DNA of 64,000 bases from a bacterium (lineage in GTDB: Bacteria; Patescibacteriota; Gracilibacteria; UBA1369; GCA-2718715), in the NCBI GenBank assembly GCA_002718715.1, contig PBFJ01000014.1, forward strand, positions 12,447-76,446. Direction: 5' to 3'. The position numbers and the translations under genes are program-made. Position 1 is the first letter of the stretch. Each line of letters starts with the position of its first letter. Shown in pieces: positions 33,500 through 41,659 of the stretch. Below the pieces are notes generated by a model. That model saw only the letters and a list, made by a program, of their open reading frames with translations, did not search any database and was not told the origin of the DNA.

Positions 33500-35641
33500 A
33501 TGAATGAGAACGAAAACTTTAATGAATTTAACGATAGTAACGAAATCCATAATGATTTTGAAGACTTTGATGAAATCTTAATTGATAACGATTTTAAGAA
33601 TGATGCTGAGCCATCAAAAGATAAAAAAAAGAAAAAATCTGCCAATAAAGGCCTGACTCTAATGATGATTTCTATCGCTGGAGTTTTGGTTTTATCTTTT
33701 GTATTAACTGGACTTCTATTTGGATTATCCTCTGGAGAAGATAATGCAATTTTAGCTTCAATTGGAATCTCAGCTTTGAATGCTGTTAACTTTTTAAAAC
33801 TAAGTCTTACTTTAGTATTCGGACTTTCAAGTTTGGTGGGTCTTTTGTTTTTCTTAATTAATTTATTTTCATATACACAAATTGATTTTTTGGAAGTAGA
33901 AGAAAGAAAACTCAAATTTAAAAATGTAATTTTTGGTGGAGTGACCTTTTTTGTATCGGTTGTACTAGCATTATTAATCGCTGTATTTTGGAATACAGGT
34001 CCTAAAGAAGAAGTTAAAATTGAATATATTGGAACTAATTTAGAATCGACTTTAAACTTAACTGCTCCAATTGAAATTGAATTTTCTGCTAAAAATTTAC
34101 CTATAGATACATCCAAAGCTCAAATTGTATCATATAATTGGAACTTTGGTGATGGTGACTCTGGAACTGGACAAACTATTTTTAAGACTTATAAAGATAA
34201 ACCAGCAACTGGAGTTTATGAAGTTAAACTTGGAGTGAGTTATTTTGAGGTAGCTGATAAATCTCAAGAAATTAAAACTCTGGAATTTACAAGATTAGTT
34301 GGAATCGACAATGTAGAGGTTACTGCAGACTTTGAAATGCAACCTAAAACAGGATTTGCTCCTTTATTAGTAGAATTTGATGCTTCAAGTTCTGTGGATC
34401 CAGATGGTTCAATTATTTTATATGAATGGGATTTTAATGGAGACTCAGTAGTTGATAGCGAAGGAGTTAAAGGTGAGTTTACTTATGAAAACGTAGGTTT
34501 ATTTAAACCAACTTTGATTGTAACTGATAACAATGGAAGAAGTTCAAAAGTATCTAAAGATTTAATTGTTAAGACGGATGAAGTTTTTACACCAAGAATT
34601 AAAGTTAGTCCTAGTGATGATGTTTTGACTCCGAATAGAAGTTATCAATTTGATGCCTCTGATTCATTAAGCCTAGAAGGTGAAATTACAAATTACAAAT
34701 GGAACTTTGGTGATGGAAAAGAAAGAGTTGGAAGAAAAGTTTCTTACAGCTTTGAAAACGAAGGTATTTATGAAATAACTTTAGAACTTTTAGATGATGC
34801 AGGAAACAAGACTCAATACTTTGAAAACTTTACTGTGTCTTCCTCCCCTTCTGGATTATTTCCAAAGATTACTTCAATCCCTGAAATTGTAGATGGAAAA
34901 ATTGAAGGTCAAATTCCTTTTAAAATACAACTTGATGCTGGAGCTTCATCGGGAGCTAAAATTGTTGAGTATTCTTGGGATTTTGAAAACGATTCAGTTT
35001 TGGATGCTTCTGGTCAATTAGTTGAGCATGTTTATACTGTTCCAGGTAAATATGATTTGAAACTTACTATAACTTCAGCAGCTGGAAAAACAGCAAGTAA
35101 AATTGTAGAAGTTGAAGTATTTGATTCAGATTTAAGACCTGAAGTAAGTGCTAACCCTAGCCTTGGAAATGTACCTTTAGAAGTAACTTTTGATGCATCT
35201 GCAACTAAAGCACCTGTAGGAGCTAATATTGTACAGTTTAGATGGAATTTTGATGATGGAACTCCAGTTTTAAGAGCTGGTTCGACTGTAACTCACCTCT
35301 TTACAAGAACTGGAGAATTTAATGTTGAAGTTACAGCTGTAACTGATGAGAATGAAATAGCTTCGACTAACATTTTAGTATTTGTAAATGAAATCCCTTT
35401 GAAAGCTTGTTATAAATCTTCAAGAATTGAAGGTCCTGCGCCTTTGACTGTATTATTTAATCCTAATTGTACTACTGGAAATGTAGCTAGATTTGAATGG
35501 GATTTTGCAGGTCTGGGAGACTCTGAAGATAGAAAGCCAAGCTTTACATTTGAAGAAGCTGGAGAATTTGAAGTAATTTTAAAAGCTTTTGATCCAGATA
35601 ATAACCTTTCAACTTTCAAAGAAACTATTAAAGTAAAATAA
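33500..35641 (+). CDS. Membrane protein (713 aa) with N-terminal TM hairpin(s) and ~7 PKD domains
   Basis: Acidic N-terminus, then TM segments around ..GLLFGLSSGEDNAILASIGISAL.. Repeated PKD signatures follow: YNWNFGDGDSG, YEWDFNGDS, YKWNFGDGKE, YSWDFENDS, FRWNFDDGT, FEWDFAGLG. Confidence 0.9.
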   Translation: MNENENFNEFNDSNEIHNDFEDFDEILIDNDFKNDAEPSKDKKKKKSANKGLTLMMISIAGVLVLSFVLTGLLFGLSSGEDNAILASIGISALNAVNFLKLSLTLVFGLSSLVGLLFFLINLFSYTQIDFLEVEERKLKFKNVIFGGVTFFVSVVLALLIAVFWNTGPKEEVKIEYIGTNLESTLNLTAPIEIEFSAKNLPIDTSKAQIVSYNWNFGDGDSGTGQTIFKTYKDKPATGVYEVKLGVSYFEVADKSQEIKTLEFTRLVGIDNVEVTADFEMQPKTGFAPLLVEFDASSSVDPDGSIILYEWDFNGDSVVDSEGVKGEFTYENVGLFKPTLIVTDNNGRSSKVSKDLIVKTDEVFTPRIKVSPSDDVLTPNRSYQFDASDSLSLEGEITNYKWNFGDGKERVGRKVSYSFENEGIYEITLELLDDAGNKTQYFENFTVSSSPSGLFPKITSIPEIVDGKIEGQIPFKIQLDAGASSGAKIVEYSWDFENDSVLDASGQLVEHVYTVPGKYDLKLTITSAAGKTASKIVEVEVFDSDLRPEVSANPSLGNVPLEVTFDASATKAPVGANIVQFRWNFDDGTPVLRAGSTVTHLFTRTGEFNVEVTAVTDENEIASTNILVFVNEIPLKACYKSSRIEGPAPLTVLFNPNCTTGNVARFEWDFAGLGDSEDRKPSFTFEEAGEFEVILKAFDPDNNLSTFKETIKVK

Positions 35642-35651
35642 CCCTAAAAAA

Positions 35652-35735
35652 ATGATGAAACAAGTAATGTCAATTTTAGTAATTGTTGGTCTTCTAAGCA
35701 TGATGATTCTACCTGCTTTTTTATTTGCTACTTAG
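35652..35735 (+). CDS. Candidate 27-aa hydrophobic micro-protein
   Basis: Below the ORF-track cutoff. ATG lies 10 nt after the PKD gene stop. MMKQVMSILVIVGLLSMMILPAFLFAT is a single TM helix. No homology evidence. Confidence 0.35.
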   Translation: MMKQVMSILVIVGLLSMMILPAFLFAT

Positions 35736-35815
35736 GTTATACAATATTTACTAATTCACACAATTTTAAGACTTAGTAAAGTTAGTTATAATTTAAATGT
35801 TAATAATTTTCTACT

Positions 35816-36682
35816 GTGCCAACTAATTTAATGGACAACTCGAATTTAGACTCAAATGATCAATCTTCGAACTCTACAAACCCTATAACTTCAAGTAAAG
35901 TTTCTGAAATAAAACTATCTGATCCTAAAAGTTCAGATATGGGTTTTGTGGATGACTTTAAACTTTTCCTAGCAGAAAACTCTAATTTAGTAATTGGAGT
36001 TAGCGTTGGTACATTAATTTTAGTTTTTGGAGTATTGTTTGCACTAAGTTCAAATCAATCAATCGAAAACCAAAATACACTTTCAGAAATTGCATCAAGT
36101 GCTACTGGGGCCTTGATTGTAGATGAACCATCAAGTTCTGCCAGTGATAAACCTCCAACTTTAGTTGCAAAAACTGATACCAACTCAGGAACTTCAAATA
36201 CAAATTCTAGTAAAGACTCCTCTACTTCTTCGAATAAAAAACCGATTACATTGCCGCCTTTGAGTATCAATGAATTGCAAGATAGTCAAAATAGTAATAA
36301 TACTTTGAACGTAAATGATATTAGTTCAGGAAATTTATCTAACCAAGCTCTAAGCAATCAAAATCCAAATGGACAAAGTCCGTTTGCTGGAGGCTCTTCA
36401 TTTTTAGGAGCTAATACTCAGGCTGCTAATCAAGTTGGATCTCCGGCTGGAGGAATTCAAAATTTATCTGCAAATATTCCTGCGGCTTCTGCTAATACAG
36501 CTAATAGTTTGGGAGCTAATCCAAATATGAATCGAACTGGTGGATTTTTATCGAATACACAATCTCAGGTTTTACAATCTAGAAATGTTCAAGGAAACAC
36601 AGGTCCTGCTGTTTACTATACTTTAGCGTTTAGCTTTTTAGCTTCCTTTTTGTATAGACTAAGAAAAAAGAAGACTGATTAG
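35816..36682 (+). CDS. Ser/Asn/Thr-rich low-complexity membrane protein (288 aa) anchored at both ends
   Basis: GTG start (or ATG at 35831). TM LVIGVSVGTLILVFGVLFAL, a long S/T/N/Q-rich region, and a C-terminal hydrophobic segment plus basic tail (VYYTLAFSFLASFLYRLRKKKTD). Confidence 0.7.
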   Translation: MPTNLMDNSNLDSNDQSSNSTNPITSSKVSEIKLSDPKSSDMGFVDDFKLFLAENSNLVIGVSVGTLILVFGVLFALSSNQSIENQNTLSEIASSATGALIVDEPSSSASDKPPTLVAKTDTNSGTSNTNSSKDSSTSSNKKPITLPPLSINELQDSQNSNNTLNVNDISSGNLSNQALSNQNPNGQSPFAGGSSFLGANTQAANQVGSPAGGIQNLSANIPAASANTANSLGANPNMNRTGGFLSNTQSQVLQSRNVQGNTGPAVYYTLAFSFLASFLYRLRKKKTD

Positions 36683-36936
36683 TCCTCTTTTTTGCTAGAT
36701 TTTTTAGCTTCTTTAACTTCTTCTTTAAGTTCTTTTTTTAGATCATCGAATTCTTCTTTGAGTTCTTTTCTTAAATCTTTAAAGAAACTTTTGGCTTTAT
36801 CAATCCATTTTTCTTTCTTGATTTTCGACTTTATGTTTTTTCTGATGTTTTCACCTTTATCTGGAGAAAATAAAACGCCTACAGTTGCACCTGTGATAAC
36901 TCCGAGAATCAGGGAAATTATTCCTTTTTTCTTCAT
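36679..36936 (-). CDS. YtxH-like small membrane-associated protein (85 aa)
   Basis: MKKKGIISLILGVITGATVGVLFSPDKGENIRKNIKSKI.. matches the YtxH G-x3-G..FAP/FSP..G motif. I use the internal ATG at 36936 rather than the ORF-track start 37095. Confidence 0.7.
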   Translation of the reverse strand: MKKKGIISLILGVITGATVGVLFSPDKGENIRKNIKSKIKKEKWIDKAKSFFKDLRKELKEEFDDLKKELKEEVKEAKKSSKKED

Positions 36937-37056
36937 ATTAATTGTGTTATTTATTACATTATACAGCAGAATTAATTTAATAAAAACATATTTTTTAAAT
37001 TGAATTGACTTTTGCTTTGAATATATGTAGTCTTTTGTTACTAATAATGAAAATAT

Positions 37057-37323
37057 ATGCCAATTATTAAATCTGCTAAAAAGAGAGTAAAACAAGCTTT
37101 AAAAAGAAAGCTTAATAACAATAGATTTAAAAGAAGATTACACGATTTACAAAAATCTTTCTACGATGCTATTAAAGCCAATGATATGAAAAAAGCTGAA
37201 GGTGAACTTTCAGGTGTTTATAAAATCATTGATACTTGCGCAAAGAAAAATATCTTACCAAACAACAGAGCTAACAGAATGAAATCTAAAGCTCAAAAAT
37301 CTGTAAGCCCTAAAGCTAAATAA
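37057..37323 (+). CDS. rpsT: 30S ribosomal protein S20
   Basis: MPIIKSAKKRVKQALKRKLNNNRFKRRL.. is typical of S20. Confidence 0.9.
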   Translation: MPIIKSAKKRVKQALKRKLNNNRFKRRLHDLQKSFYDAIKANDMKKAEGELSGVYKIIDTCAKKNILPNNRANRMKSKAQKSVSPKAK

Positions 37324-37326
37324 TTT

Positions 37327-37635
37327 ATGACTCAAGACAACAAATGTAAAGTTGTTTTTCGTAAAGATGGTGAAAAAATTCAACTTGACGACATAGATAC
37401 AGGAAAAACTCTACTTGAAATTGCAAATGAAAATGATGTTCAAATAGATCAAGCATGTGGTGGAAATGGTGTTTGTACAACTTGCATGGTAAAAGTAAAA
37501 TCGGGATCTGAGAACCTAAATGAAATGACAGAAAAAGAAGAAATGATGGGACTTGACCCAGAGCAACCAGAAGTAAGACTTGGATGCCAATGCATTGTAA
37601 ATGGTGGATGCTGTGATGCAGAAATTGCATTCTAA
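37327..37635 (+). CDS. 2Fe-2S ferredoxin (adrenodoxin/putidaredoxin-like spacing)
   Basis: CGGNGVCTTC (C-x5-C-x2-C) and a later LGCQC. 102 aa. Confidence 0.8.
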   Translation: MTQDNKCKVVFRKDGEKIQLDDIDTGKTLLEIANENDVQIDQACGGNGVCTTCMVKVKSGSENLNEMTEKEEMMGLDPEQPEVRLGCQCIVNGGCCDAEIAF

Positions 37636-37647
37636 ATTAAAAACTTA

Positions 37648-37675
37648 AACTCTCTAAATCTAGAGAGTTTTTTTG
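37648..37675 (+). terminator. Rho-independent terminator after rpsT-ferredoxin
   Basis: ctctcta-aatc-tagagag followed by T7. Confidence 0.75.
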
Positions 37676-37723
37676 TTTTGTTTAGCTTTTAGTAGATTTA
37701 TTTTTTTAAAATGTTTTAATAAT

Positions 37724-37751
37724 TTGACAATTCCCAATGCCCTGTTATAAT
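37724..37751 (+). promoter_or_regulatory. Near-consensus sigma70 promoter with extended -10
   Basis: TTGACA (37724-37729), 16-nt spacer, TGtTATAAT (37743-37751); 25 nt upstream of the ATG at 37777. Confidence 0.7.
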
Positions 37752-37776
37752 TAAAACATATTATTAATAAAAACAA

Positions 37777-39150
37777 ATGAAAACCCTACAAAAATTTGCT
37801 ATGAGCCTTTCTTTAATGTCTGCTGCTTGTAGTGTAAATCCTAGGATTCAACTCCCTAGTGATTTAAGAGACTCACATAGTTTGATTGAATCAAAAAGTG
37901 ATCCGATTAATAAAGCTCTGCACTCAGTATATTCTGTTGCTTATTCGACCGTAAACGCGTTTACCTTAAGTTCCTTGATTAAAACTCACGAAGGATTTGA
38001 CACAACAAAACCTGGAGCTTATAGAATTGGAAATTCTGTTGTTTACTTTAAAGATATAGAAGATGGTTATAAACTTAGTATTGAAAACGAAGGTAAATCT
38101 GATCAAGAGGTAAATATAGAAGCAAATGAATTACTATCAACAATTTATGAGATTTACTATGCATCTTTTGGATTAAAAGTAATTGGACTTTCATTTGATG
38201 AAAATATGAAACCACAAATTAAAAAGTTAACTGGAGAAAATATTTCTAATAAAATTATAACAACTGGTGTGGAAGAAATAGAACTTACTACTTCAGAAAG
38301 TGTTAGCTTAAGGTATATAAGACAGTTCACAGGAAAAGTTTCACTACCAAATGCTACAGATTTACATACCGTAATTGATCCTTTATTTTTCCAAGAATTT
38401 TCAGCACCAAGCGTAACTGAAATTATTTTCTCTTTAACCCTACCTTTTGCAAGCCAAGTAAACTTAATTAACTTAAAAGATATAAGAGCTATATTGGTAC
38501 CTAAAATCCAAGAACTAAGACTTCCTAATCTAAAAAATGCAAAAAATATAGAGGCTTCAAGCGCAAAGTTAGTTGAAATCCCATCATTAGAAACTATGGA
38601 TGGCGTTTTAGATATTAGATCTTGTGAAGAATTAACAATAAATGAAAAAATTGAAAAAACTTTTACTAATATATGGAAAATTGGATTTGCAGTAAAAAGA
38701 GTTGGGGACTTTCCTAATTTTCCAAAAGTAATTCTTGGTCCGGAGAATTTTGAAACTTTGAAATCTAAATTCAATTTAGATGAAAAATTTATCTATCCTT
38801 ATGCAAGTAGGACTAACTCGAATCAAAAAATTGCAAGATTTGAATCTCATGATCCTCTAAAAGAAATTGAGTCTATTAATATAGGATCTTCAGATTACCC
38901 TTACGAAGGTTCAAGCATTGAATTGGAGCAGATCATAAAAGAATTAAGTCAAAATGACTTACCTGAAGGAAAAACTATCAAAGTCTTTATTTCAAGAAAT
39001 AACTTTGACTCAGTAACAAATATTTTTAGAAATGAAATTGAAAAGCTACCTGATCATAATCATCTTAAAACTGTAAAAATTATTATTAACGGAATAGAAT
39101 ACATCTTCAACAAGGATGAAAAAAGAAGATACTTTGAGATGATAAAATAA
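37777..39150 (+). CDS. Hypothetical lipoprotein (457 aa) with LRR-like segment
   Basis: Lipobox-like LSLMSAACS. The central region (..LRLPNLKNAKNIEASSAKLVEIPSLETMDGVLDIRS..) resembles BspA-type LRRs. Confidence 0.75.
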   Translation: MKTLQKFAMSLSLMSAACSVNPRIQLPSDLRDSHSLIESKSDPINKALHSVYSVAYSTVNAFTLSSLIKTHEGFDTTKPGAYRIGNSVVYFKDIEDGYKLSIENEGKSDQEVNIEANELLSTIYEIYYASFGLKVIGLSFDENMKPQIKKLTGENISNKIITTGVEEIELTTSESVSLRYIRQFTGKVSLPNATDLHTVIDPLFFQEFSAPSVTEIIFSLTLPFASQVNLINLKDIRAILVPKIQELRLPNLKNAKNIEASSAKLVEIPSLETMDGVLDIRSCEELTINEKIEKTFTNIWKIGFAVKRVGDFPNFPKVILGPENFETLKSKFNLDEKFIYPYASRTNSNQKIARFESHDPLKEIESINIGSSDYPYEGSSIELEQIIKELSQNDLPEGKTIKVFISRNNFDSVTNIFRNEIEKLPDHNHLKTVKIIINGIEYIFNKDEKRRYFEMIK

Positions 39151-39154
39151 ATAA

Positions 39155-39189
39155 ATAAAAAACTCTCCTTACTTGGAGAGTTTTTTTTA
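39155..39189. terminator. Bidirectional rho-independent terminator
   Basis: aaaaaactctcc-ttactt-ggagagtttttttt between convergent genes. Confidence 0.8.
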
Positions 39190-39192
39190 GGT

Positions 39193-40251
39193 CTATCTTT
39201 TTAACTTATTTATATCATCACCACAAAAAATATTTATTTTATATTCATCCTCTATTGTATCGGGATTAACAATTCCAACGAAGCATGTACTTTTTTCTGC
39301 AATTTTTAATAGTTCTCTTAACTTTGCTTCAGTATCTAGACTTGATTTTGAAACCAGCATAAATCCACTATTTGGAAGGGATAAAAATTCAGCTCTTAAT
39401 TCCTCAATTTCTTTCTGACTACCTCCATTCAAGTGTGCATACATAGGATTAATAAAACTTTCATAGGAATGGATTTCAAAACCAGCTGACTCTAAATTAA
39501 TTATGAAATCCTCTAATGGATCAATCCCGTATGAATCTAATTCTAAATCTAGCTGTTTGCAAGTTTGAGCAGAAGTTTCAGAAGTGATTTGATTTACATC
39601 TGAATGATCGATAGGATTTACAACTTCTGAAATATCAACTGCAATAGCGATTAATCTTTGATTATCAGAATCATTAAATACAATAGGTGTATATTTTGTC
39701 TGAGTAAGAATATCCTTTAGTAAAGTTTCTAAGTTTGGATATCTCACGATTTTTTTATAAACCTCAAAATAAAATGAATTTATCGTAAACTGTGAGTCAA
39801 TTTGAAAATTATCTGTATCACCTACGTATATTTTTTGCCTCTCAAAGTGATAATGAAGATCATCTTCATCAATTAAACAAGGATTTGAATTCTTTAAAGA
39901 TAAGAACTCAGATTTGTTAAGTGCAATATAAAATGTCTTTTGATCTGTATTTATTTCAAGACTAACATAGCCTAATTCTTTGTAAATAGCTTGAAGGTAA
40001 TCTTTATCAAGTTTTGAGTAATTTGAACTTGTGAAAACAAAAGATGCTTTTGAAGTTTCTGATGCAATTTGTAATTTTCTAATCTGACTTATCTCTAAAC
40101 CATTCTCTCTTAATTTATAAAACAATTGATCTGATTTAGATTTAATTCTTTGTTCTAAAACTGAAGGCTTAGTATTGTTTTGATTTGCACTTGTACACGC
40201 ATTTGCAAGTAAAAAACTTGCCCCTAGAGTTATATTTTTTAGTAATTTCAT
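39193..40251 (-). CDS. Hypothetical lipoprotein (352 aa)
   Basis: Lipobox-like SFLLANACTS. No family recognised. Confidence 0.75.
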   Translation of the reverse strand: MKLLKNITLGASFLLANACTSANQNNTKPSVLEQRIKSKSDQLFYKLRENGLEISQIRKLQIASETSKASFVFTSSNYSKLDKDYLQAIYKELGYVSLEINTDQKTFYIALNKSEFLSLKNSNPCLIDEDDLHYHFERQKIYVGDTDNFQIDSQFTINSFYFEVYKKIVRYPNLETLLKDILTQTKYTPIVFNDSDNQRLIAIAVDISEVVNPIDHSDVNQITSETSAQTCKQLDLELDSYGIDPLEDFIINLESAGFEIHSYESFINPMYAHLNGGSQKEIEELRAEFLSLPNSGFMLVSKSSLDTEAKLRELLKIAEKSTCFVGIVNPDTIEDEYKINIFCGDDINKLKR

Positions 40252-40353
40252 ATTTTTTGTTTTTAAATTTTATTTAATTTACTTAATTTTCAACCTTAAA
40301 AAAACTTTTATTTGAATTTAGTTTTATAGGTTTGTAGATTTTAAGAAGTTGTT

Positions 40354-40713
40354 TTATTTTCTAAACTTTTTAGGTGATCGTTTTGCAGATCCTAATTTAA
40401 TAATTATTTTTCTTTTTACCTTAGGTCCGGTATCAATATCACCTACCCCAACCAATTTTGTTGATTTTTGGTAATCATGGTCGACTAAATGATCGATATT
40501 AGATTTTGGATCTTCAATTAATTCAGTTTCTGCATTGGCACCTGTTTTTTTTGGAGCTGGTATTTGATTTGTATCTAAAACTTCGTTCGTTGCATGATTA
40601 ATAGATTTAATTAAAACTGAAAGTTTGCTTTGTTCATTATTTGTCTCGTTTGCATAAACTGTATTTGAGAATAACGATAGACACATTAGAGTATTTAATA
40701 TTTTTTTATTCAT
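40354..40713 (-). CDS. Hypothetical small secreted protein (119 aa)
   Basis: Signal-like MNKKILNTLMCLSLFSNTVYA and a basic C-terminus. Confidence 0.6.
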   Translation of the reverse strand: MNKKILNTLMCLSLFSNTVYANETNNEQSKLSVLIKSINHATNEVLDTNQIPAPKKTGANAETELIEDPKSNIDHLVDHDYQKSTKLVGVGDIDTGPKVKRKIIIKLGSAKRSPKKFRK

Positions 40714-40918
40714 GATATTTTATTTTACTACGCCTATTTTACACATTTGTTAAATTTTGTCAAGCAAATGACGTACGAAGATAGTAATTAATATATCAAA
40801 AAGCATAAAAATAAGATTTGTTTGCTGTTGATACAAATATAATTAATGACTTAGATGTGTACTTTACGGAATTTTATATGATTTCTTTTGTAAAAAATAA
40901 AAGTATAAACTTTTATTT

Positions 40919-40966
40919 GGTGGACCGCGGTGGATTACCCCACACACAGCAAGCTGTAAACGGCCC
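40919..40966. other. Isolated GC-rich island of unknown nature in an AT-rich intergenic region
   Basis: ggtggaccgcggtggattaccccacacacagcaagctgtaaacggccc. Contains the 8-bp palindrome ACCGCGGT and a short ACAGC/GCTGT inverted repeat. It does not fit a tRNA cloverleaf by eye. Confidence 0.3.
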
Positions 40967-41011
40967 ATTTAATGTAAAATCATTTTATCAAACTTTGTCT
41001 TGATTGCAAGT

Positions 41012-41518
41012 TTACCACCAAACATCTTTAATTTTTAGCTTATAGCTAATATAGTTTGTAGCAAAATGTAAAAAAGGAGTTATTATTAAAATCAATAATG
41101 TTTCAAAAAGTGGCAGTTTATAAAATGGTAACGTACAAATAATTGCTCCTAGTATTAAATCAATTTGGTCGAATGGAAACCAGGGTTGTCCAGACTGAAT
41201 CCCCTTTTTTCTTTTAAAATATGATTTTAATGCATCTCCTCCAAGGGCACCTAAAGTCATTAGAAATGATAAGATAAATATATTTTCCTGGCTATAATTA
41301 ATTAAATTAAAGTTTTCTATCAAATAGATTTTTTGAAGATAGACTGTAAGTAAAGCAGCTAAGTATCCAAAAATTAGGCCACGATAAGTTTTGTTTTTTC
41401 CTAGTTTTCTTTCGTTTAGAGATTTATCAAATGGAAGATTAAGCTTCTTTGCTAGTACTGGAGCCATATTTGCAATGTATGCTGGAAGAAAAAAATAAAA
41501 TGTTTGAAGTAATAACAT
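41012..41518 (-). CDS. carS: CDP-archaeol synthase-like (CarS / DUF46 family) integral membrane protein
   Basis: 168 aa. FFLPAYIANMAPVL, GKNKTYRGLIFG, LGALGGDALKSYFKRKKGI, FPFDQID and C-terminal ITPFLHFATNYISYKLKIKDVWW line up with the archaeal CarS pattern as I remember it. Confidence 0.7.
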   Translation of the reverse strand: MLLLQTFYFFLPAYIANMAPVLAKKLNLPFDKSLNERKLGKNKTYRGLIFGYLAALLTVYLQKIYLIENFNLINYSQENIFILSFLMTLGALGGDALKSYFKRKKGIQSGQPWFPFDQIDLILGAIICTLPFYKLPLFETLLILIITPFLHFATNYISYKLKIKDVWW

Positions 41519-41659
41519 TGTAATTTGTTAATTTTTTAAATTATACCAAAATTAAGAGCCTTAAAAAACTTGTGCCTTTTCAAATTGTGATATTTGTTTT
41601 GAAATATAATTGCGTTATGGCAAATCTAGTATATAATCAATATGATTTAAATTTTAAAA

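Noticed and set aside
33623-33637. An A8-G-A6 tract in the 5' part of the 713-aa PKD gene, considered as a phase-variation tract.
   Set aside because: A/T homopolymers of this length are frequent throughout this AT-rich window (terminators, lysine codons), so it is not distinctive, unlike the two G/C8 tracts.
33493-34116. 207-aa minus-strand ORF antisense to the start of the 713-aa PKD gene.
   Set aside because: Fully contained in a strongly supported plus-strand gene. Its low-complexity S/K/I composition is typical of AT-rich antisense frames.
33352-36682. C-terminal hydrophobic helix plus basic tail of the 2002-aa and 288-aa proteins, considered as sortase (LPXTG) or PEP-CTERM sorting signals.
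   Set aside because: No LPXTG, PEP or PGF motif precedes the helices (the sequences are ..DKTMQTASVAV.. and ..QGNTGPAVYY..), and no sortase or exosortase gene is in the window. It is kept only as a remark inside a finding.
36692-37095. Plus-strand ORF 36692-37003 and the long N-terminal extension (36937-37095) of the YtxH ORF.
   Set aside because: The plus-strand ORF is antisense to the lysine-rich YtxH tail. The extension has no YtxH similarity and runs into the rpsT coding region (ATG 37057) and its upstream region, so the internal ATG at 36936 fits better.
37325-37630. 101-aa minus-strand ORF antisense to the ferredoxin gene.
   Set aside because: The plus-strand frame has the C-x5-C-x2-C...C 2Fe-2S signature. 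The antisense frame is H/L/F-rich nonsense.
38157-38774. 205-aa minus-strand ORF inside the 457-aa lipoprotein gene.
   Set aside because: It is antisense to a longer ORF that has a promoter, lipobox and terminator. It has no start context of its own.
40919-40966. Reading the GC island (minus strand ..GGTAATCCACCGCGGTCCACCA) as a tRNA, tmRNA or SRP RNA gene.
   Set aside because: I could not build a 5-bp T-stem with a 7-nt T-loop or a 7-bp acceptor stem. It is too short for SRP or tmRNA and lacks their conserved motifs as I remember them. It needs a covariance-model check.
40818-41003. 61-aa plus-strand ORF spanning the GC-rich island.
   Set aside because: TTG start, no promoter or coding-like composition, and the ORF exists mainly because the GC-rich stretch lacks stops. 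It is treated as non-coding (see the finding on the island).
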